NCBI GenBank assembly: GCA_963696385.1
Contig: CAVOKF010000005.1
Span: 1,216,001 to 1,280,000, forward strand
From: an uncultured delta proteobacterium
Lineage (GTDB): Bacteria > Myxococcota_A > Polyangia > Polyangiales > Polyangiaceae
Direction of reading: 5' to 3'
Length of the DNA: 64,000 nucleotides
In this document: positions 55,774 through 64,000 of the stretch, in pieces
Layout of the letters: each line of letters opens with the position of its first letter
Numbering within the stretch: position 1 is the stretch's first letter
Notes under the pieces: model-generated
What the model was told of the DNA's origin: nothing
The model's database searches: none
Seen by the model: only the letters and a program-made list of their open reading frames with translations
Position numbers and translations under genes: made by a program

Positions 55774-56964
55774 CTAGCCCAGTGCGCAGAAGCCCTCGTA
55801 ATCCACGTAGCCAGTGATGGTCGGGTGGGGGCCACACACGGGGCAGGCGGGATCCCGTCGCAGCTTGAGTTCTCTGAACTTCATCTTGAGACTGTCGTAC
55901 GCGAGGAGGCGACCGGCGAGTGTGGTGCCACGCCCCAGCACGATCTTGATCGCTTCGGTGGCCTGAAGAGTCCCCACGATTCCACATAGGATGCCCAGTA
56001 CCCCGGCCTCCTGGCAGCTCGGTGCGAGGTGCGGAGGAGGCGGTTCCGGATACAGGCACCGGTAGCAAGGGCTCGGCGGCACTCCGAGCCGCTTCGCGGC
56101 CTTCTCCGGAATGAATGTCGTTACCTGGCCGTCGAAGCGAAAGATGCTTCCATGAACGACGGGTTTGCCGAGCCAGACGCTTGCGTCGTTGACGAGATAA
56201 CGCGTAGGAAAGTTGTCGGTCCCGTCGATCACGATCTCGTAGTCGCGAAATAGCCGGTCGACATTGGCGCCCGTCAGTCGCTCCTTGTGAGCGACGACTT
56301 TGACGTCGGGGTTCAGATCGGCGATCGCTTTGGCCGCGCTATCGACTTTTGGCGTTCCGACGCGACTCGTCGTGTGGACGATCTGTCGCTGCAGATTCGA
56401 CGCGTCGACCACGTCGGCGTCGACGATACCGATGGTTCCCACGCCCGCCGCCGCCAAATACAGCGCGGCCGGGGAACCGAGGCCGCCCGCGCCCAGCAAC
56501 AGCACCTTGCTATTCAGCAGTCGCGCCTGTCCAACCTCGCCGACCTCGGGCAAAAGAATGTGACGGGAGTACCGTTCTCGTTGCGCGTCGGTGAGCGCCG
56601 GCGGTACTTCGACCGGAAAACCGAGATCCTTCCACCGGACGAAACCGGGGTTTGCGGTCTCCACGTTCGTGTATCCAAGCTCCTGCAGGGTTGCCGCCGC
56701 CAGCGCCGAGCGCGTCCCGCCGGCGCAGTATGCGACGATGGGTGCCGTCTTGTCGGGGAGCTTCTGTTCGGCTTGGATCTCGAGAAAGCCGCGCGGCAGA
56801 AAGACCGCCCCCGGGATGTAGCCGCCGCGCCACTCGTCTTTTTCCCGCACGTCGACGACGGTCACCCTGTCACCGGCTTCGATTCGACGCTTGAGTTCTT
56901 CCAAGCTGACTTGTTTGACGCGCCTACGAACGTCTGAAATGAGGTCGGTATAGGTGGTGGGCAT
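55774..56964 (-). CDS. moeB: Rhodanese-MoeB/ThiF adenylyltransferase fusion
   Basis: N-terminal rhodanese (DVRE, YCAGGTRS), RYSRH, GAGGLGS, SNLQRQ, DGTDNFPTRY, CYRC and CPVC zinc sites. Confidence 0.93.
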   Translation of the reverse strand: MPTTYTDLISDVRRRVKQVSLEELKRRIEAGDRVTVVDVREKDEWRGGYIPGAVFLPRGFLEIQAEQKLPDKTAPIVAYCAGGTRSALAAATLQELGYTNVETANPGFVRWKDLGFPVEVPPALTDAQRERYSRHILLPEVGEVGQARLLNSKVLLLGAGGLGSPAALYLAAAGVGTIGIVDADVVDASNLQRQIVHTTSRVGTPKVDSAAKAIADLNPDVKVVAHKERLTGANVDRLFRDYEIVIDGTDNFPTRYLVNDASVWLGKPVVHGSIFRFDGQVTTFIPEKAAKRLGVPPSPCYRCLYPEPPPPHLAPSCQEAGVLGILCGIVGTLQATEAIKIVLGRGTTLAGRLLAYDSLKMKFRELKLRRDPACPVCGPHPTITGYVDYEGFCALG

Positions 56965-56984
56965 CGAGGCTAGGCCACAACTTA

Positions 56985-57053
56985 GTACAGCGCCCCGTTG
57001 AACGGTACCCGAGCTGCAGCTGGGTACGGCTTCGTTGCAGGCTGGCGCTGTAC
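56985..57053 (-). other. Long imperfect hairpin upstream of moeB
   Basis: Outer GTACAGCGCC/GGCGCTGTAC 10-bp stem enclosing AACG/CGTT and GTACCC/GGGTAC stems. Confidence 0.5.
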
Positions 57054-57168
57054 CAGGATGATTTTCCTTGGCGCTTCGCCCCTAACCCCACAATCGCCTC
57101 CCGGCGATTGAAGGACGCCGACCGGCTGAGCCCTGGCTCTGGGGCGGTGGCGACGATGGAAGACGCGT

Positions 57169-58350
57169 TTAGACGGGCACCACCTCCGTCATCCGAGCCA
57201 GGAGCTCGCCGCCGTCGCGGGGTCGCTCCTCGATCGGGCCCGTGCAAGCGGCTGCGAGGGCTTGGAGCGACGACGTCGCGTCGCTTTCGGCGCCGAAGCG
57301 AGCGAGGACCTCTTCGAGCAATCGGCCGAATCCGTAAATATCGTCACTCGGGTCGCTCACGCGGCCAGCGCGGCGCTCGGGGGACACGTACCCGGCACTT
57401 CCTGGGACGCTTGGGTCGCCCGCGCGCCTCGCGCTGCCGAAATCCGTCAGAACGGATCCATACGGCGGGAAAAGAAGCACATTGGCTGGCTTGACGTCGT
57501 GGTGGACCCAGCCACCTGCATGCACTCGCGCGAGCGCCCGTGCGAGCGAAAGGGCCCACCGTTGCGTCGGCGGGGCCAGGATCGCGTCACCTTCCGTTAG
57601 ATAGGCGTTCAGGGCGCCGAGGGCGCACCACGGCATGGCGAGCCAGCCCTCGTCGACATCCACGTCCAAGATGCGCACGACCCCTTCACCCGCCAACGCC
57701 GTTGCGACGGTTGCCTCGTGCGTGAGCTGGGCGGCGTGGCGAACCGGGTGGTGATAGAGTTTGACGGCAAGGCGTCGATCCAGGTGGCGATCGAGCGCCT
57801 CGTACACGGTGCCGGTTCCGCCTCGAGCCACTTCTCGGAGGAGACGAAAGGACGCGTGACCGCGCTTGCGTGGGCGTTCGCCCTGCACGGCGCCGTCGAT
57901 CGGAAGCATGGCCGACGTTGCCCCGGCCTCCATCCATTCGCGCGGCGCGGGTGCGATGACGGCCGTCGTGGCCCATCGGGCGCGGCGCTCGCGCGCGCCC
58001 GGCCAATCGATGTCGTGAAAAAGGATTCGTTCTACGAGCTGGGACGCTGCCGCGAAGTCACCGCTCAGTCCGAGGAGGTCCGCTCGCATCATGAGACCGG
58101 GGTTCGACGCCGTCTCTGCAAGCACCCGCGCCGCGGCATCCACTTCCCCGCGGTCGGCGAGCTCGGAGGCGACGGCCATGACCAGAGGATCGGCAAGTGG
58201 CGCTCTCGCGTGGATTCGCAGAAGAAGATCGATGGCGCGTCCTTGGTCTGGCGTCGTCCGTAGGTCGCTCAGGGCCCGCAGCGCTTCTTCCGTCGATGGC
58301 CCGCCGACCGCGCCGAGGAGTGACAAGCGCGCGAGGAGATCTGACGTCAT
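57169..58350 (-). CDS. Ser/Thr protein kinase with helical N-terminus
   Basis: ARGGTGTVY, LAVK, VHHDVKPAN, TDFG, GSAGYVSPE, DDIYGFG. Confidence 0.88.
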   Translation of the reverse strand: MTSDLLARLSLLGAVGGPSTEEALRALSDLRTTPDQGRAIDLLLRIHARAPLADPLVMAVASELADRGEVDAAARVLAETASNPGLMMRADLLGLSGDFAAASQLVERILFHDIDWPGARERRARWATTAVIAPAPREWMEAGATSAMLPIDGAVQGERPRKRGHASFRLLREVARGGTGTVYEALDRHLDRRLAVKLYHHPVRHAAQLTHEATVATALAGEGVVRILDVDVDEGWLAMPWCALGALNAYLTEGDAILAPPTQRWALSLARALARVHAGGWVHHDVKPANVLLFPPYGSVLTDFGSARRAGDPSVPGSAGYVSPERRAGRVSDPSDDIYGFGRLLEEVLARFGAESDATSSLQALAAACTGPIEERPRDGGELLARMTEVVPV

Positions 58351-59549
58351 CGCAGGACCGTGACCTGCGGCGGTCCTCCGCGCTCGCTCGCGATGGCGTC
58401 TCCAGCAACCAACGTTGCGCGTTTTGGCCACTGAATCCAGGCCGAGAAAGCCGCAGGGGCGTCGTCGGTGGTCAGCTCGACCCAGTCGTCCGTGCCTCGC
58501 TCCAGTCGCCAGCGCCCGATGCCGAGCGAGCACACGCCCAGTGAGGCGATGTAGCGCCGCCCGGCGATCTCGATGGCGAGGGCTTCGTCGCTCCAATCGC
58601 TCGCGGCATGGATGGCCAGGCGCACGTGTCCGCCGAGCCAAAGTTCCAGGCCGCGATCGACCGGTACGTCGTGTCTCAGCGGCGCGCCGCGCAGCGAAGT
58701 GCCGTGGCGGCTGCCGAGGTCGCGCACTACGACCTCGCCGTCTCGCCGAACAATCGCCAGGTGAGCGCGGCTGAGCGCAGCGGACGGGACGCGGATGAAT
58801 GCCTGATGGGACTCGGCGCCGCCACGGTTCGGGGATCGACCGACGACGACGGACTCTCCGAGCAGCAGCCTTGTCTCATACCCGCGGACAACCGCGTGGA
58901 CCGTGCATCCAGCCGCACGCTTTGCGCGAAGGTCCAGTCCGCGTCGAATCAACGATTCGTCGTTCGACGCAATCGCCAGAGCCGCCGCTTCGCGGCGCGC
59001 TCCGCTCGCGACGAGAAAGTCGAATTCGTCGGTCGCGTGGCGGCGTACCGACATCTGGGTGCGGTGGGCTTGCTGAGCCCTGAGTAGATCATCGAGCGTG
59101 TCGATCGCACCCGCGTGCTCCAGAGCACGCGCCTGCCCTTCGACGTCTCCGGCACGGGCATAAGCCTCGGCCGCCCGTTCGTGTTCCCCGAGCCCTTCCA
59201 GTTCGTGGGCGGCACCGAGCAAGTCGCGCCGTAGGCCGTCGGTCAGAGGCCCGCTGGCCGTCGCGGCGATGACGGTCAGTGCGTATTTCCTCCGAGCCCG
59301 CTCGGCGACTTCACTGGCCGCGGGGGCCGTCGCTGCGGCATCGGCGTAATATCGCAAACGAACGACAAGCTGGGCTTCTTGATCGCCGCGGAGGATCGTG
59401 ACGCGGGCCGCCTCGTCGGGGCGCCCAGCCACGGCAAATAGAGCGGCAGACTCCGTGAGGTCGCCGCGAAGCTCCGCGGCGCGCGCGTGCACAAGCGCTC
59501 GAGCGCTCCCGGGCCGGTGGCCGAACCAGCTTTCGAAGATGCGGGCCAT
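58347..59549 (-). CDS. FHA-domain protein with TPR-like N-terminus
   Basis: VVGRS, LSRAHL, VRDLGSRHGT FHA motifs; translationally coupled to the kinase. Confidence 0.82.
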   Translation of the reverse strand: MARIFESWFGHRPGSARALVHARAAELRGDLTESAALFAVAGRPDEAARVTILRGDQEAQLVVRLRYYADAAATAPAASEVAERARRKYALTVIAATASGPLTDGLRRDLLGAAHELEGLGEHERAAEAYARAGDVEGQARALEHAGAIDTLDDLLRAQQAHRTQMSVRRHATDEFDFLVASGARREAAALAIASNDESLIRRGLDLRAKRAAGCTVHAVVRGYETRLLLGESVVVGRSPNRGGAESHQAFIRVPSAALSRAHLAIVRRDGEVVVRDLGSRHGTSLRGAPLRHDVPVDRGLELWLGGHVRLAIHAASDWSDEALAIEIAGRRYIASLGVCSLGIGRWRLERGTDDWVELTTDDAPAAFSAWIQWPKRATLVAGDAIASERGGPPQVTVLR

Positions 59550-59649
59550 CGACCTACCCTGTCGCCCTTCCTAGGCGTAGCAGCGCGCGACGAATCGCGC
59601 CCGGGGGTTTCGTTCTGAGGCGTCGGGCGGCGCCCCTGTGTAAGCTGGG

Positions 59650-61356
59650 ATGCGTATGGCCAACAACAACCGCTTGGGCGAGCTGCTCGTCCGCGAGAAA
59701 CTCATCTCTTTATCGCAGCTTCGCCGCGCACAGGAAGAGCAGCAGAAGTCCGGACACAACTTGGGCTATACGCTCGCCAAGCTCGGGTACGTGAGCGACG
59801 AGGAGATCACCGGATTTCTCAGCCAACAGTACAAGGTCCCGACCATCAATCTCGAGGAATACGAGATCGATCTCGACATCCTGAAGCTCGTGCCGAAGGA
59901 GCCGTGCGAGCGCCACAAGGTCGTTCCCGTGTCGCGCACCGGCAACTCGCTCATCGTCGCCATGGCGGATCCGACCAACCTAAATGCCATCGACGACCTC
60001 AAGTTCCTGACCGGCTACAACATCGAGCCGGTCATCGCGAGCGAAACCGCGATTCAGAACGCGATCGAGAAGTACTACAACGCCGGGCCTTCGTACGACG
60101 AGGTCATGGCGGGCTTCGACGAAGCCGAGATCGAATTCAGCGGCGAGGAAGAGGACATCAGTCTCCTCGAACTCGAGAAGGCCAGCGAAGACGCACCGGT
60201 CGTCAAGCTCGTCAACATGATGCTTCTCAACGCGATCAAGAAGGGAGCGAGCGACATTCACATCGAGCCGTACGAGAAGAAGCTGCGGGTCCGCTATCGG
60301 GTCGACGGCGTTTTGGCCGAGGAGATGACGCCGCCGCTCAAGCTGAAGAACGCGATCACGAGCCGCATCAAGATCATGGCATCTCTCGACATCGCCGAAC
60401 GGCGCTTGCCGCAAGACGGGCGAATCAAGCTCAAGCTCGGAAAGAGCCGCGAAATGGACTTCCGCGTTTCGGTCATGCCCACGCTGTGGGGCGAAAAGGT
60501 GGTCATGCGGTTGCTCGACAAGGGCAACTTGCAGCTCGATATGGCAAAGCTCGGCTTCGACCCGAAGCCGCTCGACGACTTCAAGTGGGCCATCAATCAG
60601 CCATGGGGCATGGTGCTCGTCACGGGCCCGACCGGCTCGGGCAAGACGACGACGCTCTATTCGGCGCTGTCGGATCTGAACAAAGTCGCTCATAACATCA
60701 GCACCGCGGAAGATCCGGTCGAGTACAACCTGCACGGGATCAACCAGGTGCAGATGCACGACGAAATCGGTCTCAACTTCGCGATGGCGCTCCGTGCGTT
60801 CCTGAGGCAGGACCCGGACATCATCATGGTGGGCGAGATTCGAGACTTCGAGACCGCCGAGATCGCCGTGAAGGCTGCATTGACCGGGCACATGGTCTTG
60901 TCGACGTTGCATACAAATGACGCGCCGGCGACGATTTCGCGTTTGCTCAACATGGGAGTCGAGCCATTTCTCATCACGGCGAGCGTGAACCTCGTGCTCG
61001 CGCAGCGGCTGGCTCGCAAGATCTGCAGCGATTGCAAGCAGCCGATGAAGTACGAGCGCAAAATCCTCGAGGACTGCGGATTCTCCCCCGAACAGCTCGC
61101 CAACGCGAAGCTGTCGAAGGGGGCTGGCTGTCGAACGTGCAGCGGCAGCGGGTACAAGGGGCGGGTGGCGCTCTACGAAGTCATGCGGTTCTCCGACCAC
61201 CTCAAGGAGATGGTGTTGCAGGGCGCGTCGACAGCGGAATTAAAGATCGGCGCGACGAAGAACGGAATGAGCACGCTTCGAGCGAGCGGCATCAAGAAAG
61301 TGCTCGATGGAGTCACGACGCCCGAAGAAATCATGCGCGTGACCATGTCCGATTGA
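59650..61356 (+). CDS. pilB: Type IV pilus assembly ATPase
   Basis: MshEN-like RLGELL N-terminus, ASDIHIEP, ERRLPQDGR, GPTGSGKTTT, LRQDPD, tetra-Cys zinc motif. Confidence 0.97.
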   Translation: MRMANNNRLGELLVREKLISLSQLRRAQEEQQKSGHNLGYTLAKLGYVSDEEITGFLSQQYKVPTINLEEYEIDLDILKLVPKEPCERHKVVPVSRTGNSLIVAMADPTNLNAIDDLKFLTGYNIEPVIASETAIQNAIEKYYNAGPSYDEVMAGFDEAEIEFSGEEEDISLLELEKASEDAPVVKLVNMMLLNAIKKGASDIHIEPYEKKLRVRYRVDGVLAEEMTPPLKLKNAITSRIKIMASLDIAERRLPQDGRIKLKLGKSREMDFRVSVMPTLWGEKVVMRLLDKGNLQLDMAKLGFDPKPLDDFKWAINQPWGMVLVTGPTGSGKTTTLYSALSDLNKVAHNISTAEDPVEYNLHGINQVQMHDEIGLNFAMALRAFLRQDPDIIMVGEIRDFETAEIAVKAALTGHMVLSTLHTNDAPATISRLLNMGVEPFLITASVNLVLAQRLARKICSDCKQPMKYERKILEDCGFSPEQLANAKLSKGAGCRTCSGSGYKGRVALYEVMRFSDHLKEMVLQGASTAELKIGATKNGMSTLRASGIKKVLDGVTTPEEIMRVTMSD

Positions 61357-61363
61357 AGGACGC

Positions 61364-62488
61364 ATGAGCCAGCCTGCCGAACCAAAAGTCAACCTCCACC
61401 AGCTGCTCCGGACGATGGTGGAGAAGGGCGCGAGCGACATGCACATCACGACTGGCGCGCCGCCCTTGCTGCGCGTGGATGGGAGCATCGTGCCGCTCAA
61501 GCTGCCCCCCCTCGGTCCGGTTGACACGAAGCAGCTGTGCTTCTCGGCGTTGAGTGAGGAGCAGCGAGCTCACTTCGAGAAGCACAACGAGCTCGACCTG
61601 TCGTTCGGTATCAAGTCGCTGTCGCGGTTTCGCGCAAACATCTTCACGCAGCGGGGCGCGGTCGCGGGCGCCTTCCGCACCATTCCCTTCAAAATTTTGA
61701 GTTTCGACGAGCTCGGGCTGCCCCCCGTGGTCGCCGAGTTCGCGAACAAGCCGAACGGCCTCGTGCTGGTGACCGGTCCGACCGGGTCGGGTAAATCGAC
61801 GACCCTCGCGGCGATGATTGACAAAATCAACTGCGAGCAGAGGCTGCACATCATTACCGTCGAAGACCCAATCGAATATCTTCACCCGCACAAGCTTTCG
61901 GTCGTCAACCAGCGCGAAGTCGGCGCCGATACGGAGGGGTTCAAGCAGGCTCTCAAGTACGTTCTGCGGCAGGATCCCGACGTCGTGCTGGTCGGCGAGA
62001 TGCGTGACCTCGAGACGATCGAAGCGGCGCTGGCGATCGCCGAGACCGGTCATCTCGTCTTCGCGACGCTGCATACCAACGGGGCCATTTCCACGATTAA
62101 CCGGATCATCGATGTATTTCCGTCGCATCAGCAGCCTCAGATCCGAGCGAAGCTGTCTTTTGTACTTCAGGGCGTCATATCGCAGCAGCTGTTGCCGCGG
62201 CACAACGCGCCCGGGCGCGTCCTCGCGCTCGAGGTGCTCGTGCCGAACCAGGCGGTGCGCAATTTGATCCGCGACGACAAGGTGCATCAGGTCTATTCGC
62301 AAATGCAGGTCGGCCAGGACAAATACTCGATGCAAACACTGAATCAGAGCCTGTTTTCACTCTTTCAGAGGCGGCTCATCTCGCAGGAAGAAGCGACGTC
62401 ACGCTCGGTCGAGCCCGAGGAGCTCCGCATGATGATGGAGGGACGCACGACGATGCTGAGTTCGGGGGCGCCTCCGGCACGAAGGTAG
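61364..62488 (+). CDS. pilT: Type IV pilus retraction ATPase
   Basis: GASDMHI, GPTGSGKSTT, EDPIEY, LRQDPD, AETGHL, AVRNLIRD (AIRNLIRE motif). Confidence 0.96.
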   Translation: MSQPAEPKVNLHQLLRTMVEKGASDMHITTGAPPLLRVDGSIVPLKLPPLGPVDTKQLCFSALSEEQRAHFEKHNELDLSFGIKSLSRFRANIFTQRGAVAGAFRTIPFKILSFDELGLPPVVAEFANKPNGLVLVTGPTGSGKSTTLAAMIDKINCEQRLHIITVEDPIEYLHPHKLSVVNQREVGADTEGFKQALKYVLRQDPDVVLVGEMRDLETIEAALAIAETGHLVFATLHTNGAISTINRIIDVFPSHQQPQIRAKLSFVLQGVISQQLLPRHNAPGRVLALEVLVPNQAVRNLIRDDKVHQVYSQMQVGQDKYSMQTLNQSLFSLFQRRLISQEEATSRSVEPEELRMMMEGRTTMLSSGAPPARR

Positions 62489-62577
62489 TCCTACGGCCGT
62501 GGTCGCGGACCGCTCGTCGACCGGGGCGAACTGCGCCCATCGCGCCGACGAGGCAGAACCGAGCGGCCGGATTTCTT

Positions 62578-64000
62578 TCACTCGAACGTCGGTCGTCGTC
62601 TGCTGCCGTGATCCACCCGGCGCAGGCCCAGCGACAGGGCGGCGGCCACCAGGTCGGGGTGAAGATTTCCCGTGGCCAGCACTTTCTTGACGTAGTCGAT
62701 GCCGCGCCGCTTGTCCTTCATCGCGCCGAACGCGGCGGCAGCGATGACGCGAGTCTCGAGCGGCGACGATTCGGGCGGCGCGTCGAGCGACGCCGTCTTG
62801 CCCTTGGCAGTTTCGATGGCCCCGCTCGCCGCGCTCGCGTAGGCGCTGAGCCACGTCGCGAGCGGGCCGAGCGCCAGGGGATATCGTGCGAGCAACGCGG
62901 TGACCTCGACCGCGCGCCCGCGAGCGACCAGAACGAAGACACGCTCCCAAAGAACTCGGGCCGTCACCGTGCCGTGATCCAGCGCGGTCTGCGAATAGCC
63001 GTCGGCTGCGTCGAGTCGCCCTTCGTAGCGGGCCAACCTCGCGAGGCGCAACGCCCGAACGGGTTTGGATTCGGATTCTTTGCCCCACGTCGCGGAGATC
63101 TTGTTTGCCGAGACCAGGTCGCCGACGTTGAGCGCCGCGTCCATCGCGACGATGTCGCTCCAGGGGGCGCCGTCATCGGCCATGGCCTTCAACTTGGCTG
63201 GCTCGAGCGTCAGTCGACCCGACAACGTTCCGCCGGCCATCGCCAGAGCGGAGAGCGACGGCAGCTTGCGCGCGTCGGCTGGCAGCGAGTCAAGCGCCCG
63301 CGCGACCCCGTCCGGATCGACGCGCTCGTACGCTGCTGCGGCGCGTACGACCGTGACGTCCGGCGAGGGGTCGAGTTCCTCGGTTGCCTTGAGCGCCTCG
63401 TCGAGTCGCCCTGCGTTGAGCGCGACGCGAGCGGCAAGGGCACGTGCAGGCTCGTACACGGCGGAGAACTGAAGGGCAGCAACGGCGGCTTTGCGTGCGA
63501 ACACCTCGTCGCCGAGCGGAAGTGCGATGCTCCCCAGCCAAACGGCGCAACCAGGGGATTCACACGCGGCCAATCCTTTTTGAACGGCCGCTCGCGCCTC
63601 ATCGATCGCACGACGATCGATCGCTCGAATGGCCGTCACGGCGTAGGGCACGAACTTGAGCCCCGAGGGCAGCGCGTCCACGTACGTCGCCACGGTGTCG
63701 ACCTCGGGCGGCACCGGTGACGGTTCCCGCATCGGGTCACGGCCCCACGCGAGCGCAACGAGGGCAACAGGTTCGGCACGGTCGGGCACCCGGGCTCGAA
63801 GCGCTTTGGCCAGTCGCATCGCCTCATCGGCGTCGCCGTCGAAGGCCGTAGCGCGCGCGAGGCCTACGCGTGCGACGAGCAGGTCGGCGTCGAGCTGCGA
63901 AGCCGTGAGGTAGCGTCCCCGCGCGCGCCCGTCCCCAGCGCGCTCGAGTGTGGCGCCTGCCACCAACTGGTACCAAGCGTCGCCGCTTGCTGGGCCGTCC
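62578..64000 (-). CDS. TPR-like helical repeat protein, C-terminal part (starts outside window)
   Basis: Long Ala/Leu-rich helical ORF with host-like codon usage extending to the window edge. Confidence 0.65.
   Translation of the reverse strand, partial: DGPASGDAWYQLVAGATLERAGDGRARGRYLTASQLDADLLVARVGLARATAFDGDADEAMRLAKALRARVPDRAEPVALVALAWGRDPMREPSPVPPEVDTVATYVDALPSGLKFVPYAVTAIRAIDRRAIDEARAAVQKGLAACESPGCAVWLGSIALPLGDEVFARKAAVAALQFSAVYEPARALAARVALNAGRLDEALKATEELDPSPDVTVVRAAAAYERVDPDGVARALDSLPADARKLPSLSALAMAGGTLSGRLTLEPAKLKAMADDGAPWSDIVAMDAALNVGDLVSANKISATWGKESESKPVRALRLARLARYEGRLDAADGYSQTALDHGTVTARVLWERVFVLVARGRAVEVTALLARYPLALGPLATWLSAYASAASGAIETAKGKTASLDAPPESSPLETRVIAAAAFGAMKDKRRGIDYVKKVLATGNLHPDLVAAALSLGLRRVDHGSRRRPTFE

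Overview
High-GC myxobacterial chromosome segment, probably Polyangiaceae/Labilithrix-like, judged from romR-, sgmX-, pilB- and pilT-like genes, MYXO-CTERM-type tails and several Ser/Thr kinases. Most of it is housekeeping or envelope: valS, hrcA, skp-lpxD-fabZ-lpxA, tldD, pdxA, moeB, msrA, an acyl-CoA dehydrogenase, a Gld-like ABC system and two GT-C glycosyltransferases. The main accessory feature is a 7,242-bp integrative element (22213-29483) inserted at the 3' end of tRNA-Asn(GTT) between 29-bp direct repeats. Its tyrosine integrase gene is split by the att core. The integrated enzyme ends in 13 residues read antisense through the tRNA, and excision would join in frame an 88-residue C-terminus parked at the other end of the element (an Mx8-like switch). 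The element also carries a prim-pol, a Xis-like HTH, two RHH proteins, a serine recombinase, a Fic toxin/antitoxin pair with non-canonical motifs, a MazG-like gene and a lipoprotein. A second region of interest (3.5-8.7 kb) has an exosortase plus partner gene next to a CxxCH-bearing beta-barrel, a CxxCH protein with a C-terminal sorting signal and a lipocalin with the same kind of signal. At least four single-base frameshifts, one of them in lpxA, suggest sequencing or assembly indel errors. All calls come from motif reading only; no database searches were run.
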